Origin: an uncultured bacterium
GTDB taxonomy: Bacteria; Patescibacteriota; JABMPQ01; CAVVCK01
DNA length: 64,000 nt
Assembly: GCA_963746775.1 (NCBI GenBank)
Contig: CAVVCK010000001.1
Coordinates: forward strand, 147,050 to 211,049
Reading direction: 5' to 3'
Shown one piece after another: positions 1 through 7,703 of the stretch (position 1 is its first letter; each line of letters begins with the position of its first letter). The position numbers and the translations under genes are program-made. The notes under the pieces were generated by a model. The model searched no databases, was not told where the DNA came from, and was given only the letters and a program-made list of their open reading frames with translations.

Positions 1-90
1 GGTTCGGCTACAGTTATTGATATCAAGAAAGCTCGCGAAGAAGGCATTCAGCCCTTTGGTGAAGCAGAAACCGGCAAACAGAATATGTAG
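1..90 (+). CDS. 3' end of an unidentified gene (partial; 5' part lies outside the window)
   Basis: Frame 1 is open from position 1 to a TAG at 88-90 (..GSATVIDIKKAREEGIQPFGEAETGKQNM*). This stretch is visibly higher in G+C (about 47% by hand count) than the surrounding DNA. No family recognised. Confidence 0.3.
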   Translation, partial: GSATVIDIKKAREEGIQPFGEAETGKQNM

Positions 91-126
91 ACATCTTAGT
101 TTAATAAATAAATTAAAATAAAAATT

Positions 127-1197
127 ATGACAAATTGCCCCAAGTGTGGCGATCCAGTGCAAAAGGGGGAAACATTCTGCGGCAAATGCGGTAATATTAT
201 CACAGCTGATAATAAAGCAGATAAATCTGCACCAGCCCAAAATGTACCTACCACCGAAGTTCCCGCTCAAACAACTGCATCCGCCCCTGAGCCAAAAAAG
301 AAAAGAAAGCTTTGGCCTATCTTCCTGGCTACAACTTTCTTTGTTTTAATCGTTGCTATTATTGCCTTTTTATTCCTTTTTGGAATATTTGGCAAAGGCG
401 CTACTATCAAAAAATATGTTCAAAATACAGAGCCTAATTTCAGTACAGTAGTAGAAGATACTGATAAATTAGAGAAAAATTTAACTTATACCTCAACAGC
501 TGAAACAGAAGAAGAAATCAAAGAAGATGTAGATCGCATGAAAACCGAAATAGATAATATCGACAAGTTAAAAGAAGATTCTCAAAAAGCTAAAAACAAC
601 TTAGGTATTCAAAAAACAGTAAAAGATACGGCTGACCTTAATAAAAATCTAAATGATTTTTATGATCAGATAGATTCCTCTATGACTACCAGAAAAAAAA
701 TTGTTGATTACTTCTATCGAACTCAAATTCTAGCCGAGAAAATGGTTAAAGCTTCGGGTGCTACTAATGAAACTGGCCAAACTCAAGACCTAATTCAAAT
801 AGCCGATAATTTATACCAATTTAAAATTGCCCTAGACACTGCTATAGCTGAATTTGAAATGGCAGAAGTCCCAGACGAGCTCATGGAGCTTCATACAGCT
901 GACGTAGATATGCTTAACAAAATGTCGAAAAATTTAGGTGATATGGTTACTACTCTAAAAAATTGGGATGATGTTGGCTATACTTCTGCTTATAATAGAT
1001 TCGAAAGTACTATAAATGAATACGACACAAAAATCTCTAAGCAATATCAAAAGAAATTAGACGAAGAATTCACCAAATTAAATAATGTCCTAAATGAGCT
1101 TAACACTAAAAAAGATGCTATAGAAGATGAATATTCTACTTTCAGAGGTAAATATAGGATTGAAGGAACAGTGCTTAATTTGATAAAAAGCTTATAA
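127..1197 (+). CDS. Hypothetical membrane protein: N-terminal double zinc-ribbon (CPKCG..CGKCG), one transmembrane helix, long coiled-coil-like C-terminal region
   Basis: ORF of 356 aa. CxxC-x12-CxxC at the N-terminus, a hydrophobic segment LWPIFLATTFFVLIVAIIAFLFLFGIF, then an E/K/D-rich region. Ends just before a hairpin terminator. Confidence 0.5.
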   Translation: MTNCPKCGDPVQKGETFCGKCGNIITADNKADKSAPAQNVPTTEVPAQTTASAPEPKKKRKLWPIFLATTFFVLIVAIIAFLFLFGIFGKGATIKKYVQNTEPNFSTVVEDTDKLEKNLTYTSTAETEEEIKEDVDRMKTEIDNIDKLKEDSQKAKNNLGIQKTVKDTADLNKNLNDFYDQIDSSMTTRKKIVDYFYRTQILAEKMVKASGATNETGQTQDLIQIADNLYQFKIALDTAIAEFEMAEVPDELMELHTADVDMLNKMSKNLGDMVTTLKNWDDVGYTSAYNRFESTINEYDTKISKQYQKKLDEEFTKLNNVLNELNTKKDAIEDEYSTFRGKYRIEGTVLNLIKSL

Positions 1198-1211
1198 AAA
1201 ACTCTGCTTAT

Positions 1212-1240
1212 AAAAAAGCGCCCTATAGGGCGCTTTTTTT
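1212..1240. terminator. Rho-independent terminator between convergent genes
   Basis: aaaaaGCGCCCtataGGGCGCttttttt: a 6-bp GC stem with an A-tract upstream and T7 downstream. The stop codon of the minus-strand gene lies inside the stem. Confidence 0.6.
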
Positions 1241-2326
1241 GTTCTTAAATCTATATCCTAAGATTAAAAATAAACCAAGCACTATCATTAATAAAATTAA
1301 TACCCCCAAGGCTAATACTTTTTCTTTGCCCTGAAGTAAAAGAGCTAATATTCCAAAAGTTAAGCTTATGAAATATAAAAATAAAGTTGCTCCCCTTTGT
1401 GATAAGCCTAAATCTAATAGCCTAAAATGCAAGTGTTTTCTATCAGCCGATTTAAAAGGTGATTTTTTATTTAATAATCTACGCACAATAACCCATAAAA
1501 CGTCTAAGATCGGAATGCCTAAAATCAAAAGGGCTGTTGCGATCTTACCACCCGAAATTATAGCTAAAGTTCCTAACATAAATCCTATTAAAGTACTACC
1601 GCCTTCACCCAAAAATATTTTAGCCGGATGAAAATTCCAGAATAAAAACCCTAATGATGCTCCTCCTAAAATTATACAGATCAAGGCTGTCTCCGGCTGC
1701 ATTATATTCGGCTGTAAGCTCAAGAAAAATAAAACACAAGAGGCAATAACAGATATACCAGATACTAATCCATCTAAGCCATCTAAAAATTTAGTAGTAT
1801 AAGACATTCCCAAAAGCCAAATAAAAGTAAAGAGATCAGCTATTAAAATTATGTAATAAGGCAGACCATTGTGCTCAAAGATTTTAAATCTGTATTGATC
1901 TAATTGAAAAGCCTCGCCTAAGGGATTAGAAATAAAATCAATGCCAATGCCAGCAGCAATCATAGTAAGACAAGCAGCAATTGGCCAAATAATTTGCTTT
2001 AGGGGCGACAGATTATACTTATCATCTAATACTCCGCCAATTATTAATAAAAACCCAGCAATCATAATACCAATAATATGTTTAGGCAGCATATAACCAC
2101 CAAACATTCTTTCAGTAAAAAATGAATAATAAAAAAGAGTTATAAAAAACCCCAGAAAAAGCCCCACTCCTCCCAAAAGAGGAATATCTTTACTGTGAAT
2201 TTTTCTCCGCAAATAAGGCCTATCAACTATATTAAGTTTGAAAGCGACTTTTTTTATTAAAAAAGTAAAAAGTAATGATAAGACAAAGGAAATTATAAAT
2301 GGCAAAATAAATTTTTCTAAAGGCAT
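1223..2326 (-). CDS. UDP-GlcNAc:undecaprenyl-phosphate GlcNAc-1-phosphate transferase, WecA/TagO family (glycosyltransferase family 4, MraY/WecA superfamily)
   Basis: Polytopic membrane protein of 367 aa. DDxxD-like DDKYNLSP loop, LDGLDGL motif, and a C-terminal SPFKSADRKHLHFRLLDLGLSQRGATLF that matches the WecA C-terminal motif SPFSPDRQHIHHLIMRAGFTSRQA rather than the MraY HHHFEL motif. Confidence 0.7.
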   Translation of the reverse strand: MPLEKFILPFIISFVLSLLFTFLIKKVAFKLNIVDRPYLRRKIHSKDIPLLGGVGLFLGFFITLFYYSFFTERMFGGYMLPKHIIGIMIAGFLLIIGGVLDDKYNLSPLKQIIWPIAACLTMIAAGIGIDFISNPLGEAFQLDQYRFKIFEHNGLPYYIILIADLFTFIWLLGMSYTTKFLDGLDGLVSGISVIASCVLFFLSLQPNIMQPETALICIILGGASLGFLFWNFHPAKIFLGEGGSTLIGFMLGTLAIISGGKIATALLILGIPILDVLWVIVRRLLNKKSPFKSADRKHLHFRLLDLGLSQRGATLFLYFISLTFGILALLLQGKEKVLALGVLILLMIVLGLFLILGYRFKNKKSAL

Positions 2327-2330
2327 ATTT

Positions 2331-3125
2331 TTAACTAATATCTACTTTTTCTACATCAATTTTCTCACCCAGAATTTTCCTGGATAGATCATTGAATCTA
2401 TAAGGCACATCACTAACATAAAATTTATGCTTTCTGCCATTTTTTTCTAAACTCGCTTCTATTCCAGGATTTTTCTCTATAAATTTTTTTAATTCCAAGA
2501 CTAATTCCTCAGCCGGATCAACAACCTTTACACTTTTCCCTGAAATACTGCTTATTATTTTGTATAATAAAGGATAATGAGTACAGGCAAGTACTAAAAC
2601 ATCAATTTGTTTTAATTTTAATGGCCTTAAATAATATCTCAATATTTTTCTAGTTTCCATTCTCTTCAACCAGCCCTCTTCTATCAAAGGTACCAACAAA
2701 GGACAGGCTTTGGGAAATACTTTTACCTCCGGATCTATATTTTTTAAAAACTTTTCATGTACTCCGCTTTTAATAGTCGCTGCTGTTCCAATAATACCAA
2801 TTCTTTTTCTTCTGCTTATTTTATAGGCTTTCTCTAATCCTGCCCCCGCTACATCGAATATAGGAACATCAGGAAATTTTTCCCGCAAAATATCCGCTGC
2901 TACCGATGAAGCAGTATGGCAAGCAATAACAATAATTTTAGCTCCTTTCTCCAATAAAAATTCCGTATTTTCAATAGAAAATTTTATGATAGCCTCTCTG
3001 CTTTTGGTACCATAAGGAAGCCTAGCCGTATCACCAAAATACACAATCTTATATTGCGGCAATGTTTTAAATATTTGTTTAACTACTGTCAGGCCTCCTA
3101 TGCCTGAATCAAAAATTCCGATCAT
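2331..3125 (-). CDS. murI: Glutamate racemase
   Basis: N-terminal IGIFDSGIGGLTV signature; conserved Cys motifs (VIACHTAS, VLACTHYP); 264 aa. Confidence 0.9.
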   Translation of the reverse strand: MIGIFDSGIGGLTVVKQIFKTLPQYKIVYFGDTARLPYGTKSREAIIKFSIENTEFLLEKGAKIIVIACHTASSVAADILREKFPDVPIFDVAGAGLEKAYKISRRKRIGIIGTAATIKSGVHEKFLKNIDPEVKVFPKACPLLVPLIEEGWLKRMETRKILRYYLRPLKLKQIDVLVLACTHYPLLYKIISSISGKSVKVVDPAEELVLELKKFIEKNPGIEASLEKNGRKHKFYVSDVPYRFNDLSRKILGEKIDVEKVDIS

Positions 3126-3225
3126 ATGGTTTTATTTTATGGAGTCCCAGCGAAAGCTGGAGAAAATCAACACTTCAAGTGCTAAACTCTCCGACTATCG
3201 TCTGGACTCCTGATAGTTTCCTAAC
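3126..3225 (-). promoter_or_regulatory. G+C-enriched structured intergenic element between alr and murI (candidate cis-regulatory RNA or attenuator)
   Basis: On the minus strand, GGAGUCCAG can pair with CUGGGACUCC over about 50 nt. Inside it, a local hairpin CCAGC-UUUC-GCUGG competes for the same 3' strand. Composition is unlike the neighbouring AT-rich spacers. Confidence 0.3.
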
Positions 3226-4395
3226 TCACACCACTATTCTCAAAATCCTCGGATTAATTCTCGTTAAAACTTCATAATTAATCGTTCCAATTTTTGCAGC
3301 CATCTCTTCAGCTGTAATTTCTTCTATGCCTTGCTCACCAATTATTACCACTTCATCTTCCAGACTTATATCTTTAATGTGGTTAACATCTACCACAATC
3401 ATATTCATACAAACCCTGCCCAATACTTTGCATTTCTGGCCTCCTATCAATACATTGCCAACGCTTGATAACCCTCTATCAAATCCATCCCAATAGCCAA
3501 TAGGCAAAACAGCTATTTTAGTATCCTGAGTAACCTTCTCTGTAATTCCATAACTTACTGGTGTTCCTGCTTTAATTGTTTTTATCTGAGCAACAACAGT
3601 TTTCCAAGATAATACTGGCTTTAATTCTAACTTTCTTCCCCGTTCTTTGGCTGATACCTGCGTTTCTTTTGATGACCAATGACCATACATTGATATACCT
3701 AATCTTACCATATCAAAATATGTTTCGGGAAATAATACCGTAGCAGCTGAACAAGCTGTATGCTTAATGGGTACTTCAAAACCACTATCTTCTAATAATT
3801 TAATTATTTTATTATATTCTTTAAGCTGCCCTCTGGCATAAGAATGATCGGTCGTATCTTCTATATTAGCATAATGCGTTGATATGCCCTCTATTTTTAT
3901 ATTTTTAAATTTATTTATAAATTTTACAAAACTCAATATATTTTTTTCCAAAACCCCTTGTCTAGATGTTCCGGTTTCAACTTTAATATGCACATTTACT
4001 TTTTTATTTTTTAAATTTGGGATTTTGAGATTTGTTATTTTACCAAGTTCTTCAATCGTTTCCTTATTATAAACAACCTGTCTAAATCCATTCTCCACAA
4101 CTTCACGAAGTCGAGATTTTAGAGTATATCCTAATATTAAGATTGGCAGTTCTAGACCATTTTTCTTTAATTCCAAAGCTTCATCAATAGAATCCACTCC
4201 AATCCAATTAGCTTCGCTTTCCTGCGCAACTTTAGCTATTTCTACTAATCCGTGTCCATAAGCATTAGATTTTACCACTGCCATTAATTTTCTCTTTTTG
4301 CCTATTAAATTTCTAAATTGGCTTAAATTACTTTTTAAGTTTTTTTCACTAATTTCAACCCAAGTTTTATAGTTTTTCACTTTTTCCATAGACAT
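3226..4395 (-). CDS. alr: Alanine racemase
   Basis: PLP-binding motif AVVKSNAYGHG near the N-terminus; 389 aa; adjacent to murI. Confidence 0.9.
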   Translation of the reverse strand: MSMEKVKNYKTWVEISEKNLKSNLSQFRNLIGKKRKLMAVVKSNAYGHGLVEIAKVAQESEANWIGVDSIDEALELKKNGLELPILILGYTLKSRLREVVENGFRQVVYNKETIEELGKITNLKIPNLKNKKVNVHIKVETGTSRQGVLEKNILSFVKFINKFKNIKIEGISTHYANIEDTTDHSYARGQLKEYNKIIKLLEDSGFEVPIKHTACSAATVLFPETYFDMVRLGISMYGHWSSKETQVSAKERGRKLELKPVLSWKTVVAQIKTIKAGTPVSYGITEKVTQDTKIAVLPIGYWDGFDRGLSSVGNVLIGGQKCKVLGRVCMNMIVVDVNHIKDISLEDEVVIIGEQGIEEITAEEMAAKIGTINYEVLTRINPRILRIVV

Positions 4396-4459
4396 TATTA
4401 TAAAATAAAACCAAGATTATCTCGGTTTTACCTATGTTTTAAATATATTATCATTATAC

Positions 4460-5770
4460 TCACTTTTTAATCATTTTCAACCCTCCCATATAATTCTGTA
4501 AAACTTCAGGAATTTCAATACTTCCATCTTCTTTTTGATAATTCTCTAAAATAGCAATTAAAGTCCTACCAATAGCAAAAGCAGTCGCATCATTCATGTG
4601 AACAAATTTTTTATTCTTGTCTTTATCTATATATTTAGTACCCAGACGTCTCGCTTGATAATCAGTCATATAATCAGCCGTATGTGTTTCTCTATATTTT
4701 CCCTCGCCTGGCATATAACATTCTATATCAATCGCTCGAAAATCTGCTTTACCGCCTATATCACCGCTACATTTCAAAACAACTTGATAAGGAATTTTTA
4801 ATTGCTGCATTAAATACTCTTGGATAGCTACCAATAAATCCTGCTCTTTCAATCCATATTCTCCTTGGATAAAAGTCTCCATTTCTAATTTATCAAACTG
4901 ATGTCTACGAATTATACCTGATGTATCTTTTCCGTAGCTACCAGCTTCTCTTCTATAGGCTGTAGAATAACCAACATATCTAATAGGTAAATTATCTTCT
5001 TTTAAAATTTCACCCATATGTAGAGGACCCAAGGTATGTTCGGCACTACCAATTAACACTGAATCATCTTTCTCTAAATAGTATCTATCATCAATTGGAT
5101 CAAACCGATCCATTTTCTTCATTATCTCTGCTTTTACAATATCCGGCACAACTACGGGAATAAATGGCTTATCAAAAGGATTATTAACCTCATCTGCTAA
5201 TTCTTTTATTATTTTTTTATCCGTTAAAACACTTAATCCAAACTGAATTAAGGCAAATTGTAAAAAGACTGCACTATTAAATAAATAATTAAACCTGGAA
5301 CCAGATATTTTGGATGCTTTTTCTGTATCAATTAAACTATGTATTTCACTTAATTCCATATGATTTTTTGGTTTAAAATCATATTTCAGAATATTTCCTA
5401 CTTTTCTTAAAATTTTGTTTTCTGCCTCACTTTTCCCAAGTGGCGTATCTTCCGAAAGTAGATTGGGTATTTGATAAAGCAACTTTTGAAGTTTGCTATT
5501 TGCTTCTTCAAGTTCCGGTTCTATTTTTTTAATTTTCTCAGAAATACTTTTTGATTCATTTATTATACTTATTCGATCATTTGCACTTGCCTGATTAATT
5601 TTTTCATTAATTCCATTTCTCTGCGATCTTAATTCCTCTACTTCTTTTAAACTTATTTTATATTTTTCATCCAATTCTAAAATTTCATCAAGATTAACTT
5701 TCATATTTCTGTTCTTGATACTTTCTTCTACTTTTTTCCTATTTTCACGAATTGTATTTATATCTAACAT
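4460..5770 (-). CDS. serS: Seryl-tRNA synthetase
   Basis: N-terminal coiled-coil arm (MLDINTIRENRKKVEESIKNR..), class II core with FRRE/GSA motifs; 436 aa. Confidence 0.9.
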   Translation of the reverse strand: MLDINTIRENRKKVEESIKNRNMKVNLDEILELDEKYKISLKEVEELRSQRNGINEKINQASANDRISIINESKSISEKIKKIEPELEEANSKLQKLLYQIPNLLSEDTPLGKSEAENKILRKVGNILKYDFKPKNHMELSEIHSLIDTEKASKISGSRFNYLFNSAVFLQFALIQFGLSVLTDKKIIKELADEVNNPFDKPFIPVVVPDIVKAEIMKKMDRFDPIDDRYYLEKDDSVLIGSAEHTLGPLHMGEILKEDNLPIRYVGYSTAYRREAGSYGKDTSGIIRRHQFDKLEMETFIQGEYGLKEQDLLVAIQEYLMQQLKIPYQVVLKCSGDIGGKADFRAIDIECYMPGEGKYRETHTADYMTDYQARRLGTKYIDKDKNKKFVHMNDATAFAIGRTLIAILENYQKEDGSIEIPEVLQNYMGGLKMIKK

Positions 5771-5808
5771 ATTTTTTCTATCCTTTGGGAAATAAGATTA
5801 ATAATCTT

Positions 5809-7062
5809 TTATTTATTAATACTTTTTTTCTCTTTTTTCTTAATCCTGCCTTTATTTTCCTTATAATAATTAAATAAACAAACTAATATAGCCCCCATGC
5901 CAAATATTACGGCTGATATTTTAACCAAAACCCCAATAAAAGGAATCATGAATAAAATCCACAAAACAAACAGTCCTAAGATGGTAGGTAAAATTAAATT
6001 GCTATATTTCTTTTTACTTTTAGAATTAATGTATTCTAAAATTCGCTTACCTGCCCAAAGCCCCGTATATATTTTTGATACATAAAACAATACACCATAC
6101 ATCAGACCTAAAATAATAGCTAAAGGAATACCTAGAATCGTAATTGCTAATATAATAATAGCTGTAGGTGCCACTATTAATAATCCCAACCCATACAAAA
6201 AGCTTTTACCTGGTTTAGTATTTATATTATTAGCAACTTCTTCTGATTTTTTAGGAAACAATAAAATTGCTACAATGGCTACTATTAATAAAGCAAGCAC
6301 ATTATAAATCTTACCCAAAATATTACCAAACAAATTAGTTATTAATGATCTATTTTTTCTAGCTTTATCTTCCAGTTTTTCCCATTTTTTCTCACCAACT
6401 ATCATAGCTCCATCTTTTATTTCTGCCTCTTTAGGTGTCTTGTACTCTAAATTACCATCTATCTCAGCACTAGACTCAATAACAATCTTTTTACTTGCCT
6501 CACCATTCAAATTCCCGCCAATCTCTCCTAAAATTGTCATTTGCCCTACTCCAAATGTAACATTTCTTTTAACAGTTCCAGATAAATTTACCATACCTCC
6601 ACCAACTAATAAATCTCTGCCAATTTTTCCTCTCTCGCTAACATTAATCATGCCACCAGCCATCATAACATTATCTCTTACTTCTCCATCAATATTTATA
6701 GTTCCACCAGCTGCCATTAAGTCATCGGTTACTTCTCCTATTAATTCTACTGTTCCGCCAGCTACCATCAAATCTCCAAAAACTAAACCATTTATTTTTA
6801 CATCACTGCCAGCCGCAATTACATTACCATTAATATCACCGTTTATGGTCACATTAGCTGCAAATGCTTTTAAATCACCGTTAATTGTACCGTCAACTGT
6901 TATAGTTTCTCCTGTTATCACAACATCATCTTCAATTACTTCATCTTTTGAAATAGTAACAGAACTTTCTTTCAATTTTAAATTGTAAGCAAGTGTTACA
7001 CTGGGAACTAATAATAAAATAGAAAATGCAATTAATAGGAATTTTATTTTATTTTTTAGCAT
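5809..7062 (-). CDS. Membrane protein with bactofilin-like (CcmA/DUF583-type) beta-helix repeats
   Basis: N-terminal signal or anchor (MLKNKIKFLLIAFSILLLVPSVTLA), then about 8 tandem repeats of G-x-[IV]-N/G-G-D-[IVL] (e.g. TINGDINGNVIAAGSDVKINGLVFGDLMVAGGTVELIGEV...), and about 3 C-terminal transmembrane helices. Confidence 0.55.
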   Translation of the reverse strand: MLKNKIKFLLIAFSILLLVPSVTLAYNLKLKESSVTISKDEVIEDDVVITGETITVDGTINGDLKAFAANVTINGDINGNVIAAGSDVKINGLVFGDLMVAGGTVELIGEVTDDLMAAGGTINIDGEVRDNVMMAGGMINVSERGKIGRDLLVGGGMVNLSGTVKRNVTFGVGQMTILGEIGGNLNGEASKKIVIESSAEIDGNLEYKTPKEAEIKDGAMIVGEKKWEKLEDKARKNRSLITNLFGNILGKIYNVLALLIVAIVAILLFPKKSEEVANNINTKPGKSFLYGLGLLIVAPTAIIILAITILGIPLAIILGLMYGVLFYVSKIYTGLWAGKRILEYINSKSKKKYSNLILPTILGLFVLWILFMIPFIGVLVKISAVIFGMGAILVCLFNYYKENKGRIKKKEKKSINK

Positions 7063-7095
7063 AATATTTGTTAAACAATTAATTAAAGTTGCTAC

Positions 7096-7284
7096 TTATA
7101 TTGAACAGGTTTTAACCTGTATCTACAATAATTCACCTTTCCACCTATAAATAGATTTTATCCCAAGTATAGCATTAACGCAAGCAGTTAATCTCTTTTC
7201 TATTAAAATTTTACCAATTTTTAAGACTTCTTTTTCATCTTTATGGGTAATAAAAATAATTTTTATCGTAACAAGGACGATTTA
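7096..7284 (-). pseudogene. cutA: Degraded cutA (divalent-cation tolerance protein) remnant
   Basis: The minus-strand frame reads IIFITHKDEKEVLKIGKILIEKRLTACVNAILGIKSIYRWKGELL*IQVKTCSI*. This matches the CutA core EKRLAACVNLIP.ITSIYEWKGKIEED..LMMIKT. There is no start codon (the frame opens after a TAA and overlaps the 3' end of the upstream gene), an in-frame TAG, a deletion relative to CutA, and the C-terminal half is missing. Confidence 0.5.
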
Positions 7285-7670
7285 TATTTTTCAGGTTTAA
7301 AAGATCTAGCCAGAACAATTTTTGTATTCAGTTTAAATTCTTTTATCTTACTTGCTAAATCCTTAGTAAAAGAATCCTGATCATACCCAAGACATATGAC
7401 ATCAGGTTTTTCTTCTCTTACAACTCCGTAGGGATCCCCTAAATTACCTAGCCTGACTTTATTTACAAAATCTAGCTCTTTTATTTTATTTAACCTAAAT
7501 TCTTCATTATTTCTAGGATATTTACCCTTTACTTGTTTAACTGTTTCATCTCTACCAACTATTACTACCAATTCATCGCCACATTCCTTTGCTTGTTTTA
7601 AATAAAAAATATGCCCAGGATGAATAATATCGAAAGTGCCAAATGTTAAGACTTTTTTTGAATTTGACAT
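7263..7670 (-). CDS. Cytidylyltransferase-fold nucleotidyltransferase (HIGH motif); closest to archaeal-type FAD synthase RibL, alternatively TagD-like
   Basis: 135 aa. LTFGTFDIIHPGHIFYLKQAKECGDELVVIVGRDETV resembles RibL AGTFDILHPGH...ELIVIVARDETV, and CLGYDQ resembles RibL VLGPDQ. Confidence 0.55.
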   Translation of the reverse strand: MSNSKKVLTFGTFDIIHPGHIFYLKQAKECGDELVVIVGRDETVKQVKGKYPRNNEEFRLNKIKELDFVNKVRLGNLGDPYGVVREEKPDVICLGYDQDSFTKDLASKIKEFKLNTKIVLARSFKPEKYKSSLLR

Positions 7671-7703
7671 TTTATTAGAAATTAGGAATTAGAAATTGGA
7701 GAT

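Noticed and set aside
1223-2326. Considered MraY (phospho-MurNAc-pentapeptide translocase) for the GT4-family membrane transferase next to murI and alr
   Set aside because: The C-terminal SPF..DR.HLHF.L motif matches WecA/TagO (HIHH) rather than the MraY HHHFEL. The call is kept at family level.
3130-3215. Possible tRNA, because a 7-bp acceptor-like stem GGAGUCC/GGACUCC encloses about 70 nt
   Set aside because: There is no D-arm and no 7-nt T-loop (the internal hairpin has a 4-nt loop). It is treated as a structured regulatory RNA candidate instead.
6440-6988. 182-aa plus-strand ORF (P/T/I-rich) inside the bactofilin-like gene
   Set aside because: It is an antisense shadow of the repeat-rich beta-helix coding region, with low-complexity translation and no independent signals.
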